Made by a program: the position numbers and the translations under genes. The notes under the pieces were generated by a model. The model was not told the origin of the DNA and searched no databases. It saw nothing but the letters and a program-made list of their open reading frames with translations. 64,000 nt of DNA from Octopus vulgaris. Its lineage: Eukaryota. Below, one piece after another: positions 40,644-55,395 of the stretch. The stretch spans positions 23,064,001 through 23,128,000 of the forward strand of contig OX597839.1 of the NCBI GenBank assembly GCA_951406725.2, in the 5' to 3' direction. Numbering within the stretch: the first letter of the stretch is position 1; each line of letters opens with the position of its first letter.

Positions 40644-41615
40644 AACACACATATATACATACATATATACCTACACATACACATATACATATACTCATAT
40701 ACATATACATATACATACACATATACACAAATATGCACATACACACATACACATATACACAAACACACACATACACATATATAGAAACACACACATATAC
40801 AAACATGCATATACACACACACACATACACACACATACACATATATACAAACACACACATATACAAACATGCATATACACACACACACATATATACACAC
40901 ATACATGTACACACAAAAGTGAGAATACAAAAATATACGAGTTTGTGAAAGTAACAAAAAGAAAATACAAACTGCACGCTCGAATAAGATTTGAACCGTG
41001 AACACGATCAACAGGAACAACAATACCACCAATAACAATAACAACAACAGCAACAACAAAACAATTATTTTCTATGATTCAGACTATTCCAGAAAATTCA
41101 GACAGAATCACTTTAAAATTCCTGCATATATGAGAATGTATGCGGGTGTCAATTATATATGCGTTTGTGTGTGTGTGTGTGTTTGTATATATTCACCACA
41201 GTGCCTTTACACACACACACACACATACACACACACACGTATATGAATATGAAATATTGATATTCAATAGTAGATATGTGAATATATGAATGTATATCTG
41301 TTTAATTGAGGAATATATGTATTTTTATGTAATCAAATATGCATATAAAATTAAAATATATTGTGATGTCTTTGAAGATATATCTGAATGGATGCAAAAA
41401 AACAAAATAAAATTGTGTGTATGCATATGTATATGTCGCAATGAAATGTGTTTGTGTGCGTGTGTGTGTGTGTGCGTGTGTGTGTGTGTGCGTGTGTGTG
41501 TGTGTGTGTGCACGTGTGCTCGTGCCCCTATTTATAGGCTTGGCTTAGCATTGATGTTTATACAAGGGCTCAAATAAAATTTTGTTGAACTTCAAAAAAC
41601 AAGTGTGTATACATT

Positions 41616-41667
<52 letters not shown>

Positions 41668-41933
41668 GCATATCTGTACATGTATTCATGTGCATGTAGG
41701 TGTGCATACATGTGTGTGTATGTATGTATACATGCATATGCACACATGTGTGCTTGTATATGTGTGCATGCATGTATGTATATATATGTATGTATATATT
41801 TTACGATTTTGTTTTAGGCCTAGTAATATTTAAATCATTATACATATGCTTCAGAATACAGTGTTAGACAAGTGCAAAGCATGATATAAATTATTAGATG
41901 ACAAGGGAACAGGAATTATCTAATCAACTTCAT

Positions 41934-42016
41934 TAGCTTACAGTTGTTTCAGCTATCAGATGCTGTGCACTCTGATCTGAGTGCTTGTTCAGCATCTTAC
42001 TGCTTCCTCAGAGCCA
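41934..42016 (-). ncRNA. type I hammerhead ribozyme motif, array copy 1
   Basis: Minus strand TGGCT-CTGAGGA-AGC-agta-AGATGCTG-aacaa-GCACTC-agatca-GAGTGC-a-CAGCATCT-gata-GCT-GAAA-CAACTG-TA-AGCTA. Confidence 0.8.
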
Positions 42017-42287
42017 TTTATATATATATAAATGCATATCTGTACATGTATTCATGTGCATGTAGGTGTGCATACATGTGTGTGTATGCATGTATACATG
42101 CATATGCACACATATGTGTGCATGCATGTGTGTATATATATGTATGTATATATTTTACGATTTTGTTTTAGGCCTAGCAATATTTAAATCTTTATACATA
42201 TGCTTCAGAATACAGTGTTAGACAAGTGCAAAGCATGATATAAATTATTAGATGACAAGGAAACAGGAATTATCTAATCAACTTCAT

Positions 42288-42370
42288 TAGCTTACAGTTG
42301 TTTCAGCTATCAGATGCTGTGCACTCTGATCTGAGTGCTTGTTCAGCATCTTACTGCTTCCTCAGAGCCA
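42288..42370 (-). ncRNA. type I hammerhead ribozyme motif, array copy 2
   Basis: Identical to copy 1, offset by 354. Confidence 0.8.
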
Positions 42371-42634
42371 TTTATATATATATAAATGCATATCTGTACA
42401 TGTATTCATGTGCATGTAGGTGTGCATACATGTGTGTGTATGCATGTATACATGCATATGCACACATATGTGTGCATGCATGTGTGTATATATATGTATG
42501 TATATATTTTACGATTTTGTTTTAGGCCTAGCAATATTTAAATCTTTATACATATGCTTCAGAATACAGTGTTAGACAAGTGCAAAGCATGATATAAATT
42601 ATTAGATGACAAGGAAACAGGAATTATCTAATCA

Positions 42635-42736
42635 ACTTCATTAGCTTACAGTTGTTTCAGCTATCAGATGCTGTGCACTCTGAGCTGAGTGCTTGTTCAG
42701 CATCTTACTGCTTCCTCAGAGCCATTACAATGAAGT
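42635..42736 (-). ncRNA. type I hammerhead ribozyme motif, array copy 3, with bulged extended stem I
   Basis: Same core plus ACTTCAT-tgtaa-TGGCT pairing with AGCTA-ATGAAGT. Confidence 0.85.
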
Positions 42737-42874
42737 GTATGCTTCTTTCTGGAAGCATTTGAATGCATAGAAATGATTAGCTTATGCACACACACATACA
42801 CGATACATGAACAGGGAGAGAAAAAGAGATTCAGGAGCCTTTTGAGTATTTAAGTGATAAACAAGATGTCTATA

Positions 42875-42985
42875 TTTTACAGCCATATCAGGTTCAATGT
42901 ACGAGTTCCCATCTGATCAATGAAGTTAAGCAACACTGACCCTCATGACTGCTTAGATGGGTAACCCCTTAGGAACCATGCTAGA
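42875..42985 (+). pseudogene. degenerate 5S rRNA copy (pseudogene or SINE3 head)
   Basis: TACAGCCATATCA..GTTCCCATCTGATCAATGAAGTTAAGCAAC..CTTAGATGGGTAACC..AGGAA is collinear with animal 5S rRNA (TACGGCCATACCA..GTTCTCGTCCGATCACCGAAGTTAAGC..CTTGGATGGGTGACC..GGGAA). Confidence 0.8.
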
Positions 42986-43024
42986 CCAAGCATCACCTTC
43001 ACTGCCCATGTATAGCTATGACAC

Positions 43025-43411
43025 AAGCATGGCTGTGGTCATAGAGAAGTTCACTTCCCAACAATGGGTTTTGGGTTCAGTCCCACGATGTGGCAACTAG
43101 GGAAGTGTCATCTAAGATAGAACTGGGCCAACGAAAGCCTTGTGAAAGAATGTGATAGGCACTGAAATAAACCCATCATGTGTGTGTGTGTGTGTGTGTG
43201 TGTGTATACACACATCTTCTATCTTCTACATGCTTCAGTCATTAGACTGTGGCCATGCTGGGGCACTACCCTCAAGAACTTTTAGCTGAATGAATCAACC
43301 ACAGGGCTTATTTTTTTTGAGCCTGGGACTTATTCTCTTGGCCCGTCTGCTTGACCACTAAGTTACAGGGATGTAAACACACCAACACTGGTTGTCAAGC
43401 AGTGGGAAGGC

Positions 43412-43446
<35 letters not shown>

Positions 43447-43630
43447 TACATATATATATATATATATGTATATATATGATGGTCTTCTTTCAGTTTCTGC
43501 CTACCAAATCCACTCACAAGGCTTAGGTCTGTCTGAGGCAATAGAATAAGACGCTTGCCATAAGAGTCACACACCAGGATTGAACCAGAGACCACATGGT
43601 TGGGAAGCAAGCTTCTTACCACACAGCCAT
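43025..43630. mobile_element. SINE family A: plus 5' half (43025-43180) and minus copy (43225-43630)
   Basis: Match to family A. Confidence 0.85.
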
Positions 43631-43634
43631 GGTT

Positions 43635-44126
<492 letters not shown>

Positions 44127-44900
44127 TAGGAATGGCTTTGCTCATATACAAGAAAGTAGCCACGATGTATGTATGCATGTACTTGCGTATGTGCACACAT
44201 CCTCCGCCTGTGTTTGTCGATGAATTCAAACAATGGCAACACCAAATGCATCATAGTCTTGCAGTCCACCAGGGAAACATACCAGGACCTCATTACATTT
44301 TCCGACATGTTTTCACAGTCTTTGCAAACAAAATCAAAACTCGTTCCTACAGCGCCATTCATTTCTGATTTTCCATGTAAACACATCCGAGTCGTTCCTT
44401 CTTTGATAGACGAGGAAGGATTATTACATCGTCTGAAAACAACCAATGAAGGTTGGCAACAGGAAAGGCATCTACACACAGAAAATCTTGCTCTAATGTA
44501 CTCTTACCTAACATGTGCAAGCATGGGAAAGTAAACATTACAATGATGATGATGGTGATATATATACACACACACACACACACAGACACACATATATATA
44601 CATACATATATATAGACATACATATACACACACACATATATACTTATATATGTATGTGTGTGTATAGATGTATATATATTTGTATATATGTTGTGTATAT
44701 GTGTGCATGTTTGCACATGTGTGTGTGTGTATATATATATATATATACACACATATTACATATATGCATATACACACACATACATATATACACACACACA
44801 TATATATATACACACACATACATACACACTAACATATATATACTTATATGTGTGTGTAAAAATGTATACATATTTCTATATATGTTGTTTATATGTGTGC

Positions 44901-44941
<41 letters not shown>

Positions 44942-44945
44942 ATGA

Positions 44946-44993
<48 letters not shown>

Positions 44994-45359
44994 ATATATA
45001 CATGCATGCATACACACCAATAAAGTGACATAAATCTATATTTCATTGCAATATAGATCTATGACAAGTCAATATTATCAAATTAAAACTTAAAATTGAT
45101 CGCTGCAAATAAATGATGTCTGACGAGGGGCACAAACAATGATAATTATTCTGTTTTATGGCATATTAATTAGATGCAATGTCTTTATTACGTATCTAAT
45201 TAATGTGGAGGCAGAAGTTTAAAACTTGTTTGTTTACTGAAACAATCATTACATCAATTAGAATTTGTCTTTTCCTCATATTAATTACTATGATATATAC
45301 CTGTACATAAGCACATGTGCAGGTATATATATGTATGTGTGTGCGTATATATGTGTGTG

Positions 45360-45390
<31 letters not shown>

Positions 45391-45499
45391 ACAATTAATA
45401 TAAGAAAAAGAGAAATTCAGATTGTGATGATCTCATACACACAGACACGTATAAATATATACATGTATATACAAATGCCTATGCATACATGCATATAGT

Positions 45500-45533
<34 letters not shown>

Positions 45534-45642
45534 AAAGAAGGTGCTCCAGCATGGCTGCAGTCAAATGACTGAAGCAAATATAAATATATACATGTATATA
45601 CAAATGCCTATGCATACATGCATATAGTTGTGTGTGTGTGTG

Positions 45643-45673
<31 letters not shown>

Positions 45674-46474
45674 AAAAGAAGGTGCTCCAGCATGGCTGCA
45701 GTCAAATGACTGAAACAAACAAGAGAATAAAAGTATATATAAATCATCATGTATGTACAAATATGTGTGTGTATATATATCTATATATATTTTTAATGAT
45801 GCTCTTTCCAAACTGGTATCAGTTGGATAGAGTCTGAGGAGGAAAACTTCCTATGGCCAGATCCCTTTTCCTTTTAGCAACTGTCACTTTTTACCAAGCT
45901 AGCTGGTATTTCACCCCATGGCAGTCACATTGTCACAGAGTATTGGTAATGAACAACACTGCTTGTGTGACAGGGACACTTCTTTACAACTTGTCGCATG
46001 ATGTCAAGGCAAGAAAATTAAAATATACACACTCTCAGACACACACACACACACAAATATATATGTATACAAGAGCTTTCTATCGCATTCTCTAGAGCTT
46101 TTGGTCAGTCTGGAGCAATAGACACTTGCTCGAACTGCCAAGCAGTAGGATTGAACCTGAAACCATGGGCTTGATAAGAAGACTTCTTAACCACACAGCC
46201 AATGTCATGCTGGGACATGTATGAACGTGTTTGTATGTGTATGGGTTTATATTATACATATATATATATATGTTTGCATATGTGTGTGTATATATACATA
46301 TATATATAATTGCATATATATGTACATGCATATATATATACATATATATATGTACATGCATATATACAAATATATACACATACATGCACATATACACATA
46401 TATAAATATATATATATATGTATGTCTATGTGTGTGTGTATGTATGTATATGTGTATGTATGTATGTATGTATG

Positions 46475-46522
<48 letters not shown>

Positions 46523-46524
46523 TG

Positions 46525-46950
46525 TATAGGTGCAGGCATGACTGTGTGGTAAGTAGCTTACTTCCGAACCACATGGTTACAGGTTCAGTCCCATTGCGTG
46601 GCACCTTGGGCAAGTGTCTTCTACTATACCTGTTGGTTGACCAAAGCCGTGTGAGTGGATTTGGTAGATGGAAACTGAAAGAAGCCTGCTGTATATATAT
46701 ATATATATGTGTGTGTGCGTGTGTGTATGTATATATATTTGTGTGTCTTTGTGTCTATGTTTGTCCTCCCACCATTGCTTGACAACTGATGTTGGTGTGT
46801 TTGCATCCCTGTAACTTAGCAGTTCGGCAAAAGAGACCAATAGAATATGTATACCAGACTTACAAAGAGTAAGACCTGATGTTGACTTGTTTAACTAGAA
46901 GCTGTGCTCCAGCATGGCTACAGTGAAACAACTGAAACAAATAAAAGAAC
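46525..46950 (+). mobile_element. SINE family A
   Basis: Match to family A. Confidence 0.9.
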
Positions 46951-47060
46951 ATATATATATACATATATTTGTGTATATACATATATATATATATACACAC
47001 ACAGGTATATATATATACACACACAGTATATGTTTGTGTGTGTCTATCTTCTTGTGGGCA

Positions 47061-47110
<50 letters not shown>

Positions 47111-48234
47111 CATGCATATATACACGTGTGTTTATATATATATATTCATATTTATATATATATACATATACTCATATACATATATATACACATGTGTGTG
47201 TGTATGTGTGTGTGGTGTGTATACAAGTATATATGCTGTATGAACACAATTACACAATTTGTAATCATAAATAAAAGAATGCATTTTTTTGTGTGTGCTT
47301 CCCTCCACCCTTATTGTACGTACATCACACAGCTTGTCTTCAAGTGTTTGAACACTTGTAAACAACAAAAGCAGTTTGAAATAGCAACAGAAGGCAGGAA
47401 TGTGTTTAGCAAAGCAAAGAACGGCCAAATTCAATCAATAATGGTCCACTGCATGGAGTTGGGATAGGAGCAGGGAGTCTGACAGATGGCGGGGGAGGAG
47501 GAACAAAAAGCTGGTGGCACTTACATGTTTTCCAAGAGAGATAGTCTTTTCTCATCATTTCAACAATGTGAAAGTTTGTAAAAATAGTCTTATTGATATG
47601 AATGTAGATGGAGATGAAGGAGAGAGAGAGAGAGAGATGAGACAGACAGATGGAAAGAGTGTGTGGGGTTGTGGGTGAGATGGAAGAAAGGTATGTAGAC
47701 AGAGAAAAACTGTTAGAGGGTTAGTAAATATTTGCACAATATATATGTGTGTGTGTGTGTGTATATTAGTGTGTATATTATAATTAATATATACCTGTAT
47801 GTTTATAATATTAAGAAAGTATGTTATTTTTTTTGTTTCAGTATTTTTCTATGTTAGTGCACATTAATATGCACATGCACACATATATATATATATATAT
47901 GTATGTATACACATATATTTGTGTGCATATGAGGGAGTGTATATTTGTGTCTATGGGAAGAGAGTTGCAGTAAGTATATAATACACATGCATTGATATAT
48001 GTATGGATATATCAATGTGTATGTGTGTGTGTCTGTGTGGAGGGAGTTGAAGAAGGGGTGTTTGCTTGTAATGCAAGTGCAGTTAACTTATGGTGCAGTT
48101 GCGATGCAAAGTTGCAACACTTTGTGCAAATCAACCCAACGAAGTTATGTCTATGCTACAAGTTGCAGTATCTGTGATGCATCTTCTATCGACAACACTT
48201 TGTCACAGCATCCCCGCCCGTCCAGCATCTCCAT

Positions 48235-48275
<41 letters not shown>

Positions 48276-48369
48276 TCCTTTTCACTCTTAGCAGCCTCTG
48301 GTACGCTTCTTGCCAAAAAGGATTCGGATGCTGGTAGTGGTGGCACTGGTGGTTGTGGTGGTGGTGGAG

Positions 48370-48812
48370 AAAGTAGAAGTGATGGTGATGATAATAGAAG
48401 AGTTACTGTGATGATGGTGGTGGTGGTGGTGGTGGTGGTGTTGGCACAGTGGTATCGACAATAGTGGTGGTGGTGGTGGTAGTGGAGGTGATGATAATAG
48501 AAGAGTTACTGTGATGATGGTGGTGGTGGTGGTGGTGGTGTCGGCACAGTGGTATCGACAATAGTGGTGGTGGTGGTGGTAGTGGAGGTGATGATAATAG
48601 AAGAGTTACTGTGATGATGGTGGTGGTGGTGGTGGTGGTGGTGGTGGTGGCACAGTGGTATTAATGGTATCGACAATAGTGGTGGTGGTGGTGGTGGTAG
48701 TGGAGGTGATGATAATAGAAGAGTTACTGTGATGATGATGGTGGTGGTGGTGGTGTTGGCACAGTGGTATTAATGGTATCGACAATAGTGGTGGTGGTGG
48801 TGGTGGTGGTGG
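48370..48812. repeat. GGT-rich minisatellite, 4 units of about 105-120 bp
   Basis: GATAATAGAAGAGTTACTGTGATGATG repeated four times. Confidence 0.95.
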
Positions 48813-49740
48813 TTTCTTTACTTTCAGTTAATACTGGGACAAAGAAAAGAGAGAAAAGTAGTTTGTGCTGTAGTTGTTAAGTGGTGTTGCTGCTGAAATA
48901 ACAACTTGGTGACTGGGGCAGTAGTTGTGACATTGTTCCTTCTATTGTTGACTATAATGATGATAATGATGGTGATGATGATGATGATGATGTTGGCGGC
49001 AACAGTAGGCATAAGAGACGGCAGTGAATGGAGGTGAGTCAGTGGCTGTTATGATGTGGTGGAATGGAATGGAACGGAAGAAGAATGGAAGGAGAATTGG
49101 ATGCCCTACAATGGCAGGACCCAATGACTGGCAGCGTTGCAAGCCATTCCTGTGAACAACTTTTACTAAACTCCTTTATCCACTGGACAAGCACCATCGC
49201 CATCGGTCCGTCACCCCCCTATCCCCCACCTCCACCCCTATATACACACCTCTGGAAGTTTCCTTTAGAATCTATCTTGGTGGAGTGTATTGCGGAATGG
49301 GGGGGGGGTGTAATGTGAAAGAGGGTGTATGGAGGGGGTCTGTATTGTTTCAATTTACACAACCACTGCCATTACCACCACCACCACCATCATCACTACC
49401 ACCACTATCAACTTCGCAACAATCATCACCATCATCATCATCATCACCTCCACCACCTCCACCACCATCACCACCACCATCATTATCACCTTTACAACCA
49501 TTGTCACCACCAACAACAACACCACCACTAACACCACCACTACTATCACCACTACAACCTCCACCACCACAATAACCACTGCCACCATCACCACCATCAT
49601 CATCACCATCATCACCACCACCATCTTCAATGCCACCACTTTTGCTCATCTTCTTCAAGTGGGGTGGCTACACAACTCTTACACTCCACCCCCTCCTTTC
49701 AGTTTTGATACAGAAAACATACACACACACACACACACAC

Positions 49741-49778
<38 letters not shown>

Positions 49779-50319
49779 AATAGCCATGTTGTTTGAGGTT
49801 TCAATTCTCACCCTAAACTCAGTAAATCACCACCACCACCACCACAGTAGTTTCTCCATCCCTCACTGCCTCCCTCTCACCATCCCTACCAATCATTCCT
49901 CACCCACTGACCCCTTCCTCTTCTCATCCCCTTACACCTACGCCACACGCCCCACCTGTTTCTCTCCCAATCTTGTTTCTTTCATTCTACTCTCACCCTT
50001 CTATATTTATATATATACATATAACAACATAATAAATACCCACATCCAAAACCTCACCCTTCAACTGTACCCCTCCCCTCCTCCCCATCTCACTCCATGC
50101 ATTGCTCATATACCTCCCCCTCCCAACGTCTCAGTCTTTCTACTCAGCCTGGGCCTCTCCCTCTCTCCCCTTCACACAGAAACTTCTCCTCCTACTGCTC
50201 CCCTAACACTCACTATACAAAGAGAAAGTGAAAGTACACCCCTTCCTCCCTTGGTCATCAAAAGTACCACTGGATTTCTGTCAACAACGTCCAACTATTA
50301 TAGTCAATGTTATGCCAAC

Positions 50320-50690
50320 ATCACTAATATACTGTCACCTAAGCATTAATGTCACCACCAATACTACAACCCAAACAATAATGTCACCATCAATACTATC
50401 ACCCAAAGGTTAATATCACCACTAATAGGCTACCGCCAAAACATTAACGTCACCACTAATACCACTACCTGAACATTAATGCAAGCACTAATACTACCAC
50501 CCAAACATTAATGTGACCATTAATATACTAGCACTCAAGCAGTAGTGTCACTATTAATACTACCACCCAAACAATATCACCACTAATAGACAGCATCCAA
50601 ACATTAACGTCACCATTAATACTACCACATAAACAATATCAACATTAATACTACCACTGAAACATTAGTGTCACCATTAATTTACTGGCA
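50320..50690. repeat. degenerate minisatellite with units of about 30 bp
   Basis: AAACATTAAYGTCACCAYTAATACTACCAC-like units. Confidence 0.85.
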
Positions 50691-51377
50691 CCTATACCAC
50701 CACTTGTAGTACTTCTCTCCCACCCACCCTCACCTTTTTCTAACACTTTCTTCTTAATCTTGTTGTTGCTGTTAATAATCTATGAACGCCACTCCTCCAT
50801 TAAGCAAATCCCTTCCATGACTCTCACCATTGCTTCCTCTCCCATCCCATCCCATCCCACCCTCACCTCCACTCCATCCCCACCCAAGCTGTTTAGCAAA
50901 GGGAGCGTGTGGGTGATGGAGGGAGAGCAAAGAATTAAGATGATAGTTCTCTGTATACATTATGGCTGGCCAAAGATAACAGAGGTAATGGTGGTGGTGG
51001 TGGTGGCGGTGGTAGTGGTGATGGTGGTGGTAGTGGTGATGGTTGTGGTGGTGGTGGCGGCGGCGATAGCGGCGGTGATAGCGGCGGTAGTGGTGGTGGT
51101 GGTGATGGTGGTGGTGGTGGTAGTGGTGATGGTGGTGGTAGTGGTGATGGTTGTGGTGGTGGTGGCAGCGGTGATAGCGGTGGTAGTGGTGGTGGTGATG
51201 GTGGTGGTGGTGGTTGTGGTGGTGGATGAGATGGATGGTGGTGTGGATGTTGATGATACTGATGATTGTGGTAGTATTGGTGGTAGTAGTAGTGGTAGTG
51301 GTGATAGTGCCCTGGTGGTGGTGTTGTTCCGGTGCTAGTGTAATGCTGGATTGTGACTGTTAGTTATTAAGGGTGGC

Positions 51378-51423
<46 letters not shown>

Positions 51424-51714
51424 GTAATAATAGTAATAATAATAATAAGGATAATAATAATAATAATAATAGTAATAATGATAATAATAATAATAATAAT
51501 AATAGTAATAATAATAGTAATAATAATAATAATAAGGATAATAATAATAATAATTATAATAATAATGATGATGATAATAATAATAATAATAATAATAATA
51601 GTAATAATAGTAATAATAATAATAAGGATAATAATAATAATAATAATAATAGTAATAATGATAATAATAATAATAATAATAGTAATAATAATAGTAATAA
51701 TAATAATAATAAGG

Positions 51715-51765
<51 letters not shown>

Positions 51766-51774
51766 GTAATAATA

Positions 51775-51825
<51 letters not shown>

Positions 51826-51905
51826 GTAATAATAATAATAATAGTAATAATAATAATAATAATGATGATGATGATGATGATAATAATAATAGTAATAATA
51901 ATAAT
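51378..51905. repeat. about 530-bp (TAA)n microsatellite with higher-order variants
   Basis: Direct reading; source of the poly-I and poly-Y ORFs. Confidence 0.97.
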
Positions 51906-52095
51906 TCCTTTTATTACCCACAAGGGCATAGATGAGGGGGACATCACAAGAACAGAGAACAATTTGTGGCGGGGTGGAGGGGTGGTGGTTATGATATTGG
52001 TTGGAAGGTTAGGGTTAGGATATGTGAAGGGTGTTGAAGAAAGAAGACAGAAAAGCAGGGTTGGCAGGTAGGTTTGGGGTGCCAAGTAGAAGATT

Positions 52096-52135
<40 letters not shown>

Positions 52136-53164
52136 GATGGAAGAGTGAAGGGGAGGAAGGAGGTGAACTCTACCTATTCTACCCACCACCACCATCACCA
52201 CCGTCGCCCCTTCTTACCAAACCCACCCCCCCGCTTCCACCAGCATCCCCCCCCCGTCTCTCCACCACCACCACCACCACTCACCCACCCTGCTGCTTGG
52301 CGTGTGTCACCTGAATCATTTCTCTGTCATTGAATAATTTGATGAGGAGGAGGAAGGAGGAAGAGAAAGAAGAAGGGGAGAGCAGAGTGAGTCATATCGA
52401 GGGAGGAGGAAGAGGAGGAGGGGGAATTAGAACCGTGGCAATGGTTGGTGGTGGTGGTGGTGGCGGTGGTTGTGGCGGCGAAGGTGTCGGGCTGTTCGTG
52501 TACAACGTAATAAATACAGTGACAAAGGCGACAATAATGTAATGCGACGGTGGTGGTGGTCGTGGTGGGAGGCTATGGTAGCGATGATGCTGGTGATGAT
52601 GATGCTGGCGACGACGAGGACGAAGATGGAGGGATTTTTTTTATGATGGTGGCGCTGGAGACGGAAGCGATAGTGACGCTGGTTATAAATGTTCATTCAT
52701 TAGTTACGATATGGTCCAATATAGTTAGGGTGACGCTGGCGGAGCCGGTGCCGCCGGTGCCGCTGGTTATGACTATTATGTAGAGGGGACATTAGTTATG
52801 ATAAGGCAGCGGTGGCGGTGGTGGTGGTGGTACCAGTTGATAAAACAACGATGCCACCACCGCCACCACCACCACCCCGAAGCAGAGGGAAGTGGGGGTG
52901 AGGATGGATCGATGGATCGGGGTGGGTGGGGGTGGGTGTTTAAAAGTAAGGATCCTGTTGACAATGACACTGAGAGCAAGGTAGAGTGGGTGGTTTTGGC
53001 GGCGGTGGTGGGAGGTGAAGAAGCGTGGAGGAAGGGTTAGTCGTGACGGGGGGGGGGGCGGGGGGGGGGGGGGGAGGCAATAGCAAGGAGTTTGTAGTCT
53101 TCTCAAGAGATTTATCTGATGATCCACACACACACACACACACATTCCTTATCTCATGCAACAG

Positions 53165-53197
<33 letters not shown>

Positions 53198-55010
53198 ACG
53201 AAAACACAAAGACACACACATATAAACATACATCCACAGAAATGAAGATGGTAGGTGGAAGCCGGTGGGGGTGGGGGAGGGAAACCTCTGTTTTTCTTAA
53301 TTTTTCCTTCAACACCACCGTCACCACCACCACCACCATCACCACCACCACACATACCAGCACACCACCACCATCGCATCCACCCACACAGTGCTTCACC
53401 CCCACCCCGCCCAACTACATGCCCAGACATTCCTGGACAATAACTAACTCAATTGATCGATATAGTGAGGGGGGGGTGAGCAGGCGGGGGGGGGCTGGTG
53501 GGGGTACAAGCGATGGAAAAGGGTGATGGGGTGGTGGTGGTAACGGTGGTGGTGGAGGTAGATGGTGGGTGGAGATGAAGATATGGTCTAATGAAACATC
53601 TAACATGATTAATTACAAATTAGCAACAATGACAAAACCCCCACCCTACACCCCACTCCGCCAACACGGGTGGTGAGGGTGGGGGTGGTTGTTATTAGAA
53701 ATACTATAACCACCGCCAGTTACACTCCCACCCACACCCTAGTACACTCAACCACAACCCATACTTTAACCACCACCACCCACCAACACCAACAACAACA
53801 GCAGCAACAACTGCCGATACCCCTATTGCCATCAGTTCCACCCCATAATCAACCTCCACTATGGTGGAGTTGGATGATGATGATGACGGTGGTCCGTCAT
53901 CATCATCCAACTCCACCACTAACCCCCATCACCACCACTACCTCCACTGCTACCAACAAGACCATCACCAATCACCACCACCACCACCACCAATACCACC
54001 ACTGTTACTGATACAATCCTTATCACCACATGTAACACCTTCACCACCACCACCACCACCGTAACCACTACCACCAGTACTACCACAACCACATTCACCT
54101 GCACCACCACCACCACCACCCTCCACTACCACTACCACCACCACCACCGTAACCACTACCACCGTAACCACTACCGCCAGTACTACCACAACCACATTCA
54201 CCTGCACCACCACCACCACCCACCACTACCACTACCATCACGACCATCACCACCATCGCCGCCAGTGATGAAATGCAGAAATATCTTGCAGCATTCCTTT
54301 GCAGTGGTTGACATGGAAGTTGTGGTGTTGGTGGTGGTGGTGGTGGTGGTGGTGGTGTGAGGGAATTGTTTGAGGTTCCACAAGAATGATTTTAATGGCT
54401 TCACAAGTGACTGCAGGGGTAGGCATTTTTGGGTGCACCGCCACCTACACCGCCACCCCGCCACCACCCACACACACACACCCTACATTGTAGTTGCTAA
54501 GCCAGCTTGAATGGAGGAGAGACATTCCAATGAGCAGCTACTCCACTCTATTCTTGCCCCCACCGACCCTTTTCTAGCAGCCAACCCTGTCCCTAACACA
54601 CACACACACACACACACAGACAAGGCCTAGAGATGTTTTATATCAGAGAAAGATGGTGACAAATAGGAGACAGAAAAGAGAGAGGGAGAGAGAGAGAAGA
54701 CAGATGGCATGGAATGGAAGGTGATGGAGGCAGAGGAACTTCAAACACTTGTGCAGTAATTGAAACAGCCACTAGACACACATAGACGCAGAGACGCGCG
54801 TGCGCACGCGGAGGCTGCATTCCATTGGCATGTCATGTTGATTAGGATATCTCCAGCACATCAGGTCCTTCACATGCTGAGTAAATTCAACAGGGGCAGA
54901 CAGGCAGGCAGGCAGGCAAACACAGACAGACAGACCCATAAATAGAAAGACAGACAGACAGACAAAATAAATAGAGGGAGACAGAGATATAGAATATTGC
55001 CTAGATGGAT

Positions 55011-55070
<60 letters not shown>

Positions 55071-55074
55071 GGCA

Positions 55075-55395
55075 GAGGAGTGGCTGTGTGATAAGATATT
55101 TGCTTCTCAACCACATGGTTCCCAGTTCAGTGTGGCTGCGTGGACAAGTGTCTTTTATTATAGCCTCTGACTGACCGAAGTCTCCTGTGAGGATTTCGCA
55201 GACAGAAACTGAAAGAAGCCCGCCATATATGTATATGTGTGGGTGTGTAAAAGGTGTAGGAGCGGCTGTGTTGTAAGAAACTTGCTTCCCAACCACATGG
55301 TTCCAAGTTCAGTTCCTCTGTTCAGTCCCTTGGGCAAGTTCTCAGGCTGACCTTGTGAATGGTTTTGGTAGATGGAAACTGAAGGAAGCCTATAG
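55075..55395 (+). mobile_element. two SINE family A 5' halves
   Basis: Match to the family A head. Confidence 0.85.

Larger units (their letters stand above)
41653..42726. repeat. tandem triplication with a 354-bp unit (first unit 366 bp)
   Basis: AAATGCATATCTGTAC at 41664, 42030 and 42384; identical ORFs at 41944 and 42298. Confidence 0.97.
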
